Shown piece by piece: positions 27,483-37,601 of a stretch of 64,000 bases of DNA. The stretch lies in sequence record NC_019410.1; one strand, given 5' to 3'. The notes below the pieces were generated by a model, which was not told where the DNA came from, made no database searches, and saw only the letters and a program-made list of their open reading frames with translations. The position numbers and the translations under genes are program-made. Position 1 is the first letter of the stretch. Every line of letters starts with the position of its first letter.

Positions 27483-28540
27483 TGACCGACATCTACGCCC
27501 CCGATCTCTGCATCTACCACGGCAACTGCGCCGACGGGTTCACCGCCGCCTGGGCGGTCTACCGCCGCTTCGAGGGCGCGGTGCAGTTCCTGCCCGGCGT
27601 CTACGGCCGCCAGATCAGCGACGACGTCGTGCTGGGTCGCCACGTCCTGCTGGTCGACTTCTCCTTCAAGAAGGAGGAGTTGAAGCGCATCGCCCAGATC
27701 GCCGCCTCGGTGACCATCATCGACCACCACAAGTCGGCGGCCGAGGACCTCAAGGACTTCATCGTCTCCGAGGCGCTGATGGACCTGACCCCGGCCGAAT
27801 ACGCCGAACTCTGCCATTTCGCCGGGCGCCTGCCGATCCGCGCCCTGTTCGACATGGACCGCTCGGGCGCGGGCATGACCTGGGACTTCTTCCACCGCGC
27901 CACCCCGCGCATGAAGATCATCGACTATGTCGAGGACCGCGACCTGTGGCGCTTCAACCAGGAAGGCTCGCGCGAGGTCTCGGCCTACATCTTCGCCCAC
28001 GACTACCGCTTCGACAACTGGGACGCCCTGGCCGGCGAGATCGAGATCGACCTCCCGACGGTGATCGCCGCCGGGGCGGCGATCGAGAAGAAGCACCACA
28101 AGGACATCGGCGAGCTTCTGCGCCAGACCCAGCGCGAGATGATCATCGGCGGCTACCGCGTGCCGGTCGCCAACATGCCCTACACCCTGGCCAGCGACGC
28201 GGCCAACAAGATGGCCTCCACCCCGCGCGCCGACGGCACCCTGCCGGCCTTCGCCGCCTGCTACTTCGACAACAACGCCGGCAAGCGGGCCTTCTCGCTG
28301 CGGGCGATCGACGGCGGCGCCGACGTCTCGCAGATCGCCAGCCAGTACGGCGGCGGCGGCCACGCCAAGGCCGCCGGCTTCTCGGCCGACCAGGGCTGGG
28401 AGGGCGAGGGCGACGAGGCCTATGACGCGTGGCTCAAGACCAGGGTCGCCGCCAGCATCGCCGAGCTTGAGGCCGGCAAGGGCATCCCCGGCGAACTGGT
28501 CGAGGTCGAGTTCGCCAAGCGTCGGGCGGGGACGGCGTGA
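27482..28540 (+). CDS. DHH/DHHA1 family phosphoesterase
   Basis: YHGNCADG, LLVDF, IIDHH, GGGGHAKAAGF. Confidence 0.85.
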   Translation: MTDIYAPDLCIYHGNCADGFTAAWAVYRRFEGAVQFLPGVYGRQISDDVVLGRHVLLVDFSFKKEELKRIAQIAASVTIIDHHKSAAEDLKDFIVSEALMDLTPAEYAELCHFAGRLPIRALFDMDRSGAGMTWDFFHRATPRMKIIDYVEDRDLWRFNQEGSREVSAYIFAHDYRFDNWDALAGEIEIDLPTVIAAGAAIEKKHHKDIGELLRQTQREMIIGGYRVPVANMPYTLASDAANKMASTPRADGTLPAFAACYFDNNAGKRAFSLRAIDGGADVSQIASQYGGGGHAKAAGFSADQGWEGEGDEAYDAWLKTRVAASIAELEAGKGIPGELVEVEFAKRRAGTA

Positions 28541-28713
28541 CCGAGACCCGCACCCGGATCGCCAAGGCCGTCCACACCCTCGTCAAGGTGCTGACGGCCC
28601 CCGACGTCCCCGACGAACTGACCAAGAAGCTCGTCCTCGAAAACATCAAGCGCGCCCGCTGGGAACTCCAGGAGATCGAGCGCATCTGCCAACAGGAGAT
28701 CGCCGGTGGCTGA
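28537..28713 (+). CDS. Hypothetical protein (58 aa); not in ORF track
   Basis: GTGA overlap, GC-ending codons. Confidence 0.65.
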   Translation: MTETRTRIAKAVHTLVKVLTAPDVPDELTKKLVLENIKRARWELQEIERICQQEIAGG

Positions 28714-29170
28714 TCTTGACGCCCTTCCGGCTCCGCCCGAGCCGCCGGCCTACGATTTCCGGGACGATCACAACCTCGTCCCCCGCGCCCGGATGATCGC
28801 CGACGGCCTCCTGGCCGGCCGCCACATCCTCCACGGCGACGAGCACACCCTGGCGCGCGCCGTGATCGTGCTGCTGGAGGAGCGGGAGAAGAAGGCCAAT
28901 TCGCCCTGCACCTTGATCGTCGTCGAGGGCGTGGTCGAGCGCGATCGACTGCAAAAGCTGCTCGATCCGACCACCAAGGCCTTCCACGTCATCACCCCGA
29001 TGCAGCGCGGCGACGCCACGCGGGGCCGGCGCTATGCGGCGATCTTCGTCCGCTATCCCTCGGCCGCGTGGTTCGACGCCAAGAACGTCGAGACTCACCA
29101 GTTCCAGGCCTGGGAACGCGAGCACCTCTTTCCCCGCCTCCTCAAGGGCGGTCACTTCCAGCACATCTAG
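28706..29170 (+). CDS. Hypothetical protein (154 aa)
   Basis: AGGAG SD. Confidence 0.75.
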   Translation: MADLDALPAPPEPPAYDFRDDHNLVPRARMIADGLLAGRHILHGDEHTLARAVIVLLEEREKKANSPCTLIVVEGVVERDRLQKLLDPTTKAFHVITPMQRGDATRGRRYAAIFVRYPSAAWFDAKNVETHQFQAWEREHLFPRLLKGGHFQHI

Positions 29171-29176
29171 GACCCC

Positions 29177-29341
29177 ATGCAACAGCCCGAAACCATCACC
29201 GTCGACGTCCAGCCGGCCGAAGTCCCCGCGCCCAAGCCGCGCCCGCGCGCCAAGGTCCACGAGCCCCAGCGGTTCAACACGTTCAAGGCCGCCCTGTTCG
29301 GCACCACGTCCCTGATCCAGATCACCCGCTACGCCGGATGA
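29177..29341 (+). CDS. Hypothetical protein (54 aa); not in ORF track
   Basis: AGGA SD, ATGA overlap with next gene. Confidence 0.6.
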   Translation: MQQPETITVDVQPAEVPAPKPRPRAKVHEPQRFNTFKAALFGTTSLIQITRYAG

Positions 29342-29607
29342 ACCCCTCCCGCCGCCGCGCGATGCTGGCCCAGATCGAGACCTGCAAGCAGTCGAGCTTG
29401 GTCGTCGAGGAGGCGACCAAGCACTGGCGGCGCGATTACGAGGCCTATCACCACGTGATGGTCTCCGGGCAGGTGGGGCGCTATTCCGAGGAGGCCCTGA
29501 AGGCGCTTACCCTTCAGGCCTCCGCCACCTACGAGGCGCTCTTGGACGCGCTCCGCGTACACGCCAACAACCTCGAACGCCTGCGTTCGCTGCGAGGCCA
29601 TTTCTGA
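29338..29607 (+). CDS. Hypothetical coiled-coil protein (89 aa)
   Basis: ATGA overlap. Confidence 0.7.
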   Translation: MNPSRRRAMLAQIETCKQSSLVVEEATKHWRRDYEAYHHVMVSGQVGRYSEEALKALTLQASATYEALLDALRVHANNLERLRSLRGHF

Positions 29608-30047
29608 TGCGCTACTACCTCGACACCGAGTTCAACGGCTTTGGCGGGGAACTGATCTCCCTGGCCCTGGTCCGCGAGGACGGCAACTGGCTCTATCTGA
29701 TCTACGAGCCGACCCAGCCGATCGATCCTTGGGTCGCCGAGAACGTCATGCCGATCCTGCACCTGCCGGGCCTGCTGCCGATCCACGTCAACCAGGAGGC
29801 CGGGGCCGAGTTCATCGCCCACTTCCTGGCCGGCGACGACGCGGTCGAGATCATCACCGACTGGCCCGACGACATCCGCTATTTCTGCCAGTCGATCATC
29901 TCCGGACCGGGCATGATGTCGCGCCTCGTCCCGAGCCTGAAGTTCTCGATGATCCGCGCCGACGCTTACCCGACCACCCTGCCGGGCGCGGTGCAGCACA
30001 ACGCCGTCTGGGATGCGCGCGCCCTGCGCCACCTCATGCTCTCGTGA
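29607..30047 (+). CDS. DEDDh 3'-5' exoribonuclease-like protein
   Basis: YLDTEF...ISLALV...HNAVWDARAL. Confidence 0.8.
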   Translation: MRYYLDTEFNGFGGELISLALVREDGNWLYLIYEPTQPIDPWVAENVMPILHLPGLLPIHVNQEAGAEFIAHFLAGDDAVEIITDWPDDIRYFCQSIISGPGMMSRLVPSLKFSMIRADAYPTTLPGAVQHNAVWDARALRHLMLS

Positions 30048-30574
30048 GGCCCACGGCTCGGCGCCGGCGCAAGAAGCCGGCGCGCAACTTCCGGATGATG
30101 GCGGCGACCTCGACCACGAGCGTCGCCACCCACCGCACCTATCCCGGCAAGCTGATCTCGCCCGCCCCCGGCCACTGCCGCTGGTGCCAGGGCGCCATCC
30201 TCAAGCCGGACGGCTCGATCAATCGCCGCAAGACCTTCTGCTCGCAGGTCTGCGTCTCCCACTACCTGCTGCGCGCCGATCCCGCCGAGATGCGCCGCCA
30301 CGTCTTCTTCCGCGACCAGGGCGTCTGCGCCATGTGCAAGAAGCGTTGGCTCTACCTCGACGACGCGTGGCAGGCCGACCACATCGAGCCCCTCTTCCTG
30401 GCCTTCGGGGACCTCGCCTACTGGGAGCCGGAGAACGTCCAGGTCCTCTGCACCGACCCCTGCCACAAGCAGAAATCGGCCGACGACATGCGCAAATACG
30501 GCTTCGTCCTGAAGCTGACGCGCGAGCAGAAAAAGCCCCAGGAGCGGCGCCGGTTAGCCGAAAGGTTGGGTTAA
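30044..30574 (+). CDS. HNH endonuclease with Zn fingers
   Basis: CRWC, FCSQVC, RDQGVCAMC, ADHIEP...NVQVLC...CHKQKS. Confidence 0.85.
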   Translation: MRPTARRRRKKPARNFRMMAATSTTSVATHRTYPGKLISPAPGHCRWCQGAILKPDGSINRRKTFCSQVCVSHYLLRADPAEMRRHVFFRDQGVCAMCKKRWLYLDDAWQADHIEPLFLAFGDLAYWEPENVQVLCTDPCHKQKSADDMRKYGFVLKLTREQKKPQERRRLAERLG

Positions 30575-30589
30575 GTCAAGCGCGTAGTG

Positions 30590-30627
30590 TCGTGAATCTT
30601 GACATTCGGCGTATTTTTTGCTAGGTT
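30590..30627 (+). promoter_or_regulatory. Scaffold promoter TCGTGAATC-TTGACA-N17-TAGGTT
   Basis: Motif with canonical spacing. Confidence 0.75.
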
Positions 30628-30732
30628 CCCCAGCATCCCGATAGAGGTTGGCATATCCCGACGCCGCCAGCCGTCTCGCAACGCGACGGGTCGTCGCCCA
30701 TACCACGGGGTCCGTGGGAAGAGAGAAACTGT

Positions 30733-31524
30733 ATGCCTGTTCTGTCCTACGATACGCTCGACATGGTCCCCGAGGGCCTGCGCGAGTTCGCAAAGCAAGT
30801 CGACGGCAGCGAGAAGTTCCAAGTGAACGTCGTCAGCGCCGCGAAGATCGACGAGTTTCGCGACAACAACATCAAGATTTCGAAGGAGCGCGACGCGCTC
30901 CTGGAGAAGGTGGCCCGGCTGGAGCCGATCGTCGGCGAAGACCCGGACGCCTTCAGCGCCAAGCTGACGGAACTGCAAGCGATCGCCCAGCGCGTCGCCG
31001 ACGGTGACCTGAAGGAAGGCCGCGCCCTCGAAGAAGCGCTCCAGAAGCGCACCGAGGAGATGCGGAAGCAGTACGACGACCGTCTTCAGCAGACGGGCAA
31101 GGAACGGGCTGCGTGGCAGGCCAAGCACGATGAACTGGAGCGCCGGTTCAAGCAGTCGCTGGTCAGCAACGCGATCACCGCCGCCGCGATGGCGCAGGGC
31201 TCGGGCATCGACCCGACCGCGATCACCGAGGTGGTTCGCTCGGGCCTGGACGTGTTCAAGGCCGACGATCAGGGCCGTCTGACCCCCTATGTGGGCGACG
31301 CTCCGCTCTACGGCGCCGACGGTGTCACGCCGATGACGCCGAAGGAATGGCTGCAAAAGCTGAAGGAGGAGAAGCCGTTCTTCTTCCTCAACAGCAGCGG
31401 CGGCGGGGCCGGCGGCGACAAGACCAAGACGGTTCACGGCGTCACGCCGGAGCGTCTGAAGGGCATGTCGGCGGCCGAGCGTCTGGCCATCGCCAATGGC
31501 GAGAAGTCGGCGCGGCTGCGCTAA
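30733..31524 (+). CDS. Capsid scaffolding protein
   Basis: Coiled-coil 263 aa immediately upstream of MCP; TPKEWLQKLKEEKPFFF. Confidence 0.75.
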   Translation: MPVLSYDTLDMVPEGLREFAKQVDGSEKFQVNVVSAAKIDEFRDNNIKISKERDALLEKVARLEPIVGEDPDAFSAKLTELQAIAQRVADGDLKEGRALEEALQKRTEEMRKQYDDRLQQTGKERAAWQAKHDELERRFKQSLVSNAITAAAMAQGSGIDPTAITEVVRSGLDVFKADDQGRLTPYVGDAPLYGADGVTPMTPKEWLQKLKEEKPFFFLNSSGGGAGGDKTKTVHGVTPERLKGMSAAERLAIANGEKSARLR

Positions 31525-31690
31525 GTCACGAAACCCTGGTTTCGTGATCTGATCTAGGCCCTTCGGGGCGGAGTTGCCGGGCTCTCTTGCAAAAGCCCGG
31601 ACCGATTTCGCCCGCACGGGCCAGAGCTTGAGCGCCGATCCTGGCGATCGCTCGAACAAGTCAAGTCATGAAACCCTGGTTTCGTGACAA
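31523..31690. promoter_or_regulatory. Two dyad operators (31525-31548, 31665-31688) in MCP leader
   Basis: AAGTCA(C/T)GAAACCCTGGTTTCGTGA direct repeat 140 bp apart, each self-complementary. Confidence 0.75.
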
Positions 31691-31787
31691 GAGAATTCCC
31701 TCGGTGACGGCCGGTCGACCGAGGGGCAGACCGAGACGGGGTCCGTCTCTCAACCAGACCGGTGCGAACACCAAGAGGAGCAAGCCA

Positions 31788-32723
31788 ATGGCTGCTGTGA
31801 CCCTGCTGCAAGCGTCCGAAATGGCGCTCGGCAACGACGAAGTCAAGCGCGCCGCGATCATCGAACTTTTCGCGACGCCCGACATCCTGCGCGTGATCCC
31901 GTTCCTGGACATCCAGGGCGGCGCGTACACCTACCTGCAAGAAGGCCAGCTCTCGGGCGTCGCCTTCCGGGGTATCAACGAGTCCTACGACACGTCGACC
32001 GGCGTGATCAACCCGCAAGTCGAGCGCCTGCGCATCGTCGGCGGTGACCTGGACGTCGACAAGTCCCTGCTGAAGACCCACGGCGCCAACGTGCGTTCGC
32101 AGCAGGAGCGCATGAAGGTCAAGGCCCTGAGCCTGTACCTCGCCGGCAAGATCATCAACGGCGACTCGGAAGCCGACCCCCGCGAGTTCGACGGTCTGCG
32201 CAAGCGCATCACCGGTTCGCAACTGTTCCCGGCTGGCTCGACCTCCGGCGGCGACGCCCTGTCGCTGGCCGTCCTGGACGAAGCCATCGACGCGGTCGAC
32301 GGCGCCACGCACCTGATCATGTCGAAGCGCATGCGCAACCTGCTCGCGCAGTCGGCCAACAACCCCAACGTCACCGGCTACGTGACCTGGGACAAGGACG
32401 AGTTCGGCATGCGCGTGATGCGCTACGCTGACCTGCCGATCCTGGTCACCGACTACGACGACAAGAACCAGCAGGTCATCGACTTCAACGAAGCCTGCCC
32501 TGGCGGCGGCTCGGCGGTCGGCACCTCGATCTACGTCGTCAACATCGGCGACGAAGGCGTGGTCGGCCTCCAGAACGGCGTCATGGAGATCGAAGACCTC
32601 GGCGAGATCGACGCCAAGCCGGTTCTGCGCACCCGCGTCGAATGGCTGGTCTCGCTGGCCGTCCTGAGCGGTCGCTCCGCCGCTCGCGTCTGGGGCATCA
32701 AGAAGGCCGCCGTCACCCGCTAA
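31788..32723 (+). CDS. Major capsid protein (311 aa)
   Basis: GAGGAG SD; HK97-like composition; INGDS...EFDGL motif; gene order. Confidence 0.85.
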   Translation: MAAVTLLQASEMALGNDEVKRAAIIELFATPDILRVIPFLDIQGGAYTYLQEGQLSGVAFRGINESYDTSTGVINPQVERLRIVGGDLDVDKSLLKTHGANVRSQQERMKVKALSLYLAGKIINGDSEADPREFDGLRKRITGSQLFPAGSTSGGDALSLAVLDEAIDAVDGATHLIMSKRMRNLLAQSANNPNVTGYVTWDKDEFGMRVMRYADLPILVTDYDDKNQQVIDFNEACPGGGSAVGTSIYVVNIGDEGVVGLQNGVMEIEDLGEIDAKPVLRTRVEWLVSLAVLSGRSAARVWGIKKAAVTR

Positions 32724-32799
32724 GGGTGATGGCTCAGGGGGCTCCGGCCCCCTGACCTTCCTGGTCCTCTCCACCCCCATCTAAGCAGGAAATCCCCAG

Positions 32800-33246
32800 A
32801 TGGAATCCAAGATTCGTCACCAGTACGACGCGCTCCTGGCGCTTCAGCCGGTCGGCACCGCTGCGGTGACCGCCGACGGCTCGTCCGTCAACGCGGTGGA
32901 CATCTACCGCATCGCCAACGGTCGCGGCGACGTCGCCGGCCGCTACGGCATCGGTTCGTTCGACATCGTGTTCTACTTCAAGTCGGCCGTCACCGGCGGC
33001 GCGACCCCGGAGACCTACACGATCAACGTCGTGACCACCGACGCCGACGGCGCCAACCCCGTGGTGCAGGAGACCTTCACGGTCGAAAGCACCATGATCG
33101 GCGATCCCTACGTCCTGGCCTTCCACCCGGCCACGCTGAAGCTGAAGGACGCCGACGCCGCCAAGGTGAAGCTGACCATCGACGTGGCCGGCACCGCGCC
33201 GTCGCTCGACTTCTACGCCTTCGTGGCCCCGCACTCGCACCAGTAA
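32800..33246 (+). CDS. Minor capsid/decoration protein
   Basis: Beta-rich 148 aa directly after MCP. Confidence 0.65.
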   Translation: MESKIRHQYDALLALQPVGTAAVTADGSSVNAVDIYRIANGRGDVAGRYGIGSFDIVFYFKSAVTGGATPETYTINVVTTDADGANPVVQETFTVESTMIGDPYVLAFHPATLKLKDADAAKVKLTIDVAGTAPSLDFYAFVAPHSHQ

Positions 33247-33281
33247 TGGGCGAGCCGGGTTCCCGGCGTTTGGTCAAAGTC

Positions 33282-33314
33282 AACCCCCGGACCTCGGTCC
33301 GGGGGTTTTCTTTT
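33282..33314 (+). terminator. Intrinsic terminator
   Basis: CCCCGGACC-TC-GGTCCGGGG followed by TTTTCTTTT. Confidence 0.8.
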
Positions 33315-33335
33315 GGGTGCTGCGGCCCAGAAATG

Positions 33336-33350
33336 TCGTGAATCTTGACA
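33336..33350 (+). promoter_or_regulatory. TCGTGAATCTTGACA promoter motif
   Basis: Exact copy. Confidence 0.65.
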
Positions 33351-33438
33351 CAAGGGCCGTTTCATGCCAGAAGTCAAGTCTCTTTTGAGCGCGGCGTTGA
33401 AGGGCCGTGCCGGTCTCCCCCGAAACGGAAAATCCCCC

Positions 33439-33822
33439 ATGAGCAACAAGAACCTCGTGCCCGTCTACTCGCCGGAAGGCAAGAAGGAACTGCACACCCG
33501 CCTGAACGCCTACGACCTCGTCAATGGCGCGGGCTGGACCTGGAAGCCGGGTGTCGAGACCACGCCGGCCGCGATCCCGCCCTACCGCGCTCCGCCCGTC
33601 GGCGCTGAGCCGGCCCAAGCCGTGCTGGACCGCGCCGGTCACCGCAACGACCGCACCCTGACCGAGGTGGTTGGCGCCGATGACGCCGACGCTGATCTGG
33701 ACGCCGCCGAGGACGAAGTCGTCGAGGACGCCGCCGACGAGGCTCCGGTCGCCGAAGAAGCCCCCGCCGCTCCTGCCGCCCCGGCGGCGCGCGGTCGCGG
33801 CCGCAAGCCCACGGCGGCCTAA
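33439..33822 (+). CDS. Hypothetical virion-module protein (127 aa), acidic linker and GRGRK tail
   Basis: ATG 33439; similar architecture to 47576-47842. Confidence 0.75.
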   Translation: MSNKNLVPVYSPEGKKELHTRLNAYDLVNGAGWTWKPGVETTPAAIPPYRAPPVGAEPAQAVLDRAGHRNDRTLTEVVGADDADADLDAAEDEVVEDAADEAPVAEEAPAAPAAPAARGRGRKPTAA

Positions 33823-33825
33823 GCC

Positions 33826-34107
33826 ATGGTGGAACTCGGCTACTTCAGCAAGACCTGGGTGGTGGACGTCACTGCTGCCTCCGACGTCTTCGCCAATCCC
33901 GGCAACGGGCAGACCTTCATGCTGCGCGCCGACCGCAAGATTCACATCGCGCGGTCGGTGGACAACAACGCCGAGGCCACCACGGGCGACTGCCTCCTCC
34001 TGGCCGACGAGCCCGCCAGCTTCGCTATGGAAGTCGGCGGCTCGATTGCCTTCATCCTGGCCGACGGCGAGACCGACGGCAAAATCTTCATCACCCAGGT
34101 GAACTAA
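33826..34107 (+). CDS. Putative structural protein (93 aa)
   Basis: Operon spacing. Confidence 0.75.
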   Translation: MVELGYFSKTWVVDVTAASDVFANPGNGQTFMLRADRKIHIARSVDNNAEATTGDCLLLADEPASFAMEVGGSIAFILADGETDGKIFITQVN

Positions 34108-34110
34108 GCC

Positions 34111-34503
34111 GTGGCGAACCAGTCCTACAAGCTGCACGACGTGATCATCGCCTACGTCAAGGCCAGCAACCCGGAACTCGGGCTGCTGACCGCCGCTCCG
34201 AACCCGGACGGCACCGGCGTGGTCGAGCCCAACAGCGTCTACGGCTACGGACGTCAGCCCATCACGTTCGGCACGACCGTGCGCATGACCGGCGTCGACG
34301 CCGGCAAGTCCTCGATCTCCAACACCGTGCCGATCGTCTTCGGCCCGACCGTCACCGACGGCTGGCCGACGGTCACCCACTGGGGCGTGTTCGACGAGAA
34401 CGGCGACCTGCTCGACTATGGCCCGCTGCCGGCGACCCGCACCCTGCCGGTCGGCGACTCGATCTCGTTCGGCGTGGGGGCGGTGCAACTCCGCTACGCC
34501 TAA
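34111..34503 (+). CDS. Putative fibre/minor structural protein (130 aa)
   Basis: SNTVPIVF...WPTVTHWGVFD...G motif of small siphophage fibre-associated proteins. Confidence 0.7.
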   Translation: MANQSYKLHDVIIAYVKASNPELGLLTAAPNPDGTGVVEPNSVYGYGRQPITFGTTVRMTGVDAGKSSISNTVPIVFGPTVTDGWPTVTHWGVFDENGDLLDYGPLPATRTLPVGDSISFGVGAVQLRYA

Positions 34504-34506
34504 GCC

Positions 34507-36450
34507 ATGGCCCGCGTCTGGACCGCACGCGCTGGCGCCCTGGTCCGCTCCGAAGCGGTCCTGGTCTCCAATCTCCAGCAGGCGACCGAGTTCGTCGGCG
34601 AGATCGCGTTCGACGCCACCCTCAAGCCCTATTCGGGGCAGTCCTCCACCATCGTCGCCGAGTTCGGCCTCGATGGCGACTCGGTCTGGTGGCCGGGCTA
34701 TCCGGTCGCGTTCGATCCGCCGTTCCTGATCATCGGCGAGTTCGGGCTGAGCCTGTCGAAGGGCGCCTCGTCGATCTTCCCGTTCGAGTTCGACCGGGGC
34801 ATCGACGACAAGACCTCCCTGGTCCAGGCCCTGAACGACGCCGGCTACACGGGCGGCGGGGGCGGCACGCCCTTCGATGACAGCTTCGACATCGTCCTGA
34901 GCGACGGCGACGAGGATGTCTCGCAAGGCGCACTGGACCTCACCGGCCTGTCGGTCGGCGAGTCGATCGTCAATCTCGACGTCCTGCTCGGCAAGCTGAT
35001 CCCGCCGATGCCGCCGGCCTTCCCGAACGGCACCCTGTCGATCAGCAACACCGCCGGCAACGACCCGCGACTGGCGAGCGGCTTCACCGACAACATCGGC
35101 TCGGGCCTGACGGCGGGGACCTCGGTCACCCGCATCACCGCCACCGGCGTCTCGACCTTCGCCTTCAACGACGTCGGTCCGGGCAATGACGGCGTCCTCC
35201 AGGCCCTGCTCAATGGCGCGGTCGCCGCCACCCGTACCCTGACCGGCGCCGACGAGGGCAACTATTCGGGTCTGGTGATCGCCGACCAGAAGGACTACCC
35301 GACCGACCGGCCGGGCTTCTGGAAGTCGATGGACGTCAGCCTCAACCTCCTAGCGGTCCCGGTCGGGGTCGACAAGATCAGGCTGAACCATACGGCGGCG
35401 GGCCAGACCAACGAGGTAGTGTTCATCCGCGACACCTTGACGGCGGTCCCTACGGTGAGCGCTGGCAGCGTCGTCCAGGAAAACGCCGGCACCTTGGCCT
35501 ATTCGTCGGGTGTGCCGCACTACGGCACCGGCGCGACCCTGACGGTGGGCCTGTCGTTCAACAACCTCGCGGGGGAGACCTATTACGGCGGCACGGACCC
35601 GGTGACGATCTCCGGCTCCAACTCGATCATGTCGAACAAGACGCTGAGCTACGGCGCGATCGGGTTCACTACGCCGTTTGCGCGCAACACCACCGCCGCC
35701 CAGGCGATCACCCCCCAGTCGGTCGCCATCGACGGCACCAACGTCCACACCTCGGGCGTGATCCAGGGCACGGCCCGCAACGTCAACGGTGCTTCGTCCA
35801 CGGTGACTCTGTCCTCGACGGTGATCCTGGTCAAGCGCGGGACGGCGACGGGCAAGCTCGACGAGCTTTCGATCCCGGTTTCGGGCATGGGCTCCACGCC
35901 CAACGGCCTCAACGCCATCCGCGTTGGCCTGGGGGCGGGCGACACCCCGGCCGGCACGCCCCAGTCCTGGGACCAGACCGCCGCCCTGGCGACCCACGAA
36001 GCCGCCTGCGTGGCCGGGATCATCGGGCACAACACGACCAACTACGCCACCGGCTACCTCCCGCAGGGACCGAACCTCTCGGTGGGCCGGACCGGGGCGC
36101 AGTACATCACCCTGTCGTTCAAGCGCGCGGCGCGCTCGACGTTCCGGATCGCGCTTTCCGGCTCCTACGCCGGCTGCTGGATCAAGCTGCCCGGCGTGTC
36201 GACCGCCCAGCCCAACGCCCCCAACGGCTGGTGGAACGCGTTCCAGGCCTATGACGGCGCCGGCATCCCCGGCGAAGCGGGCGACCCGAACGCCGGCTGC
36301 GCCCTCGGGGCGGTCATGAACGGCGCCTCGGGCACCTTCCAGATCACCTTCGGTACGGAGTCCTCGACCAACGCGACCAACAACGAAATCCTGGTCCGCC
36401 TGAAGTTCAACTCCGGGCAGACGCTCACCGCGCTGTCGTTCACGAACTAA
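34507..36450 (+). CDS. Putative structural protein (647 aa)
   Basis: Thr/Gly/Ser beta-rich composition. Confidence 0.75.
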   Translation: MARVWTARAGALVRSEAVLVSNLQQATEFVGEIAFDATLKPYSGQSSTIVAEFGLDGDSVWWPGYPVAFDPPFLIIGEFGLSLSKGASSIFPFEFDRGIDDKTSLVQALNDAGYTGGGGGTPFDDSFDIVLSDGDEDVSQGALDLTGLSVGESIVNLDVLLGKLIPPMPPAFPNGTLSISNTAGNDPRLASGFTDNIGSGLTAGTSVTRITATGVSTFAFNDVGPGNDGVLQALLNGAVAATRTLTGADEGNYSGLVIADQKDYPTDRPGFWKSMDVSLNLLAVPVGVDKIRLNHTAAGQTNEVVFIRDTLTAVPTVSAGSVVQENAGTLAYSSGVPHYGTGATLTVGLSFNNLAGETYYGGTDPVTISGSNSIMSNKTLSYGAIGFTTPFARNTTAAQAITPQSVAIDGTNVHTSGVIQGTARNVNGASSTVTLSSTVILVKRGTATGKLDELSIPVSGMGSTPNGLNAIRVGLGAGDTPAGTPQSWDQTAALATHEAACVAGIIGHNTTNYATGYLPQGPNLSVGRTGAQYITLSFKRAARSTFRIALSGSYAGCWIKLPGVSTAQPNAPNGWWNAFQAYDGAGIPGEAGDPNAGCALGAVMNGASGTFQITFGTESSTNATNNEILVRLKFNSGQTLTALSFTN

Positions 36451-36459
36451 GGGACGGCC

Positions 36460-37158
36460 ATGGCGATCAACAGCACTGAACTCGTCGACCGGCTGATCAA
36501 GCTGGTCGCCTTCGGGGTCACCAAGACCGGCAAGGCCTCCGACAAGTCCGGCTCGAACGAATCGATCCCTTCCCCGACCGTGGTGTTCCCCGAGAACATC
36601 TGGAACGAGAAGGGCCTGCTTCCGGCCCTGCCGCCGGCGGCCGACACGCCTCAGGTCAAGGTCTATTCGGGCGCCACGCGCATCCGGGCGACCGCCGACC
36701 CGACCGCCCAGCCCAACGAGACGTGGCTGGCGACCTCGACCTACGGGACGCCGTCGACGCGGCTGACCAATTTCATCGCTCCCTCGGTGGGCGGCTCGGG
36801 CTACGCGGCCCGCGTCTTCATCGGGGACCCCAACACCGGCCCGGCGGCCCGTATCTTCCCCGACACCACGGGCGAGGAATGGACCTTCGACTATATCGCC
36901 GGCGTCCTCAACTTCCCGACCGCCGTGCCGGGCTCCAAGACCGCCACGATCGGCACGGGGTCCGTCAGCATCGCGGCCAACGGCATCTATCTCGAACTCT
37001 ACCGCTACATCGGGGCCACCGGCGGCGGCGGAGGCGGGGTCGACCCCGGCAGTCTCGGCACCATGGCCTACCAGGACGCCGACGCAGTCGACATCACCGG
37101 AGGCGACATCAGCAACGTCGTCTTCACCAACGTCACCATCGACGGTGGAACCTTCTAA
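36460..37158 (+). CDS. Putative structural protein (232 aa)
   Basis: LGTMAYQDADAVDITGG fibre-like C-terminal repeat. Confidence 0.75.
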   Translation: MAINSTELVDRLIKLVAFGVTKTGKASDKSGSNESIPSPTVVFPENIWNEKGLLPALPPAADTPQVKVYSGATRIRATADPTAQPNETWLATSTYGTPSTRLTNFIAPSVGGSGYAARVFIGDPNTGPAARIFPDTTGEEWTFDYIAGVLNFPTAVPGSKTATIGTGSVSIAANGIYLELYRYIGATGGGGGGVDPGSLGTMAYQDADAVDITGGDISNVVFTNVTIDGGTF

Positions 37159-37177
37159 CCCCCAGGAGCCCTGAACC

Positions 37178-37594
37178 ATGGCCTCTCTCGTCTACAACTC
37201 CATGCTGCACGATCTGGTCAATGGCGACATCGCCTTTGACACCGACACCTTCAAGGTGATGCTGGTGACCTCGGCCTACACGCCGAACAAGGACACCCAC
37301 ACCCGCAAGAACCAAGTCACCAACGAAGTGACCGGCGCGGGCTACACCGCTGGCGGGCAGACCTCGGCCGTGACCATCACGCCCGACACCGCCAACGACC
37401 GCGAGGACCTGTCCTTCGCCACGGTCACCTGGACCAGCGCCACCATCACCGCCCGCGCGGCCGTGATCTACAAGGACACCGGCACGGCCACGACCTCGCC
37501 GCTGATCGCCTATGTCGACTTCGGCACGGACGTGTCGTCGACCAACGCGAACTTCGCCGTGTCGTTCTCGTCGCCGCTGCGCTTCCAGAACTAA
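37178..37594 (+). CDS. Putative fibre/minor structural protein (138 aa)
   Basis: FKVMLVT...NEVTGAGYTAGG...ITARAAVIYKD motif. Confidence 0.75.
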   Translation: MASLVYNSMLHDLVNGDIAFDTDTFKVMLVTSAYTPNKDTHTRKNQVTNEVTGAGYTAGGQTSAVTITPDTANDREDLSFATVTWTSATITARAAVIYKDTGTATTSPLIAYVDFGTDVSSTNANFAVSFSSPLRFQN

Positions 37595-37601
37595 GCCCTA
37601 A

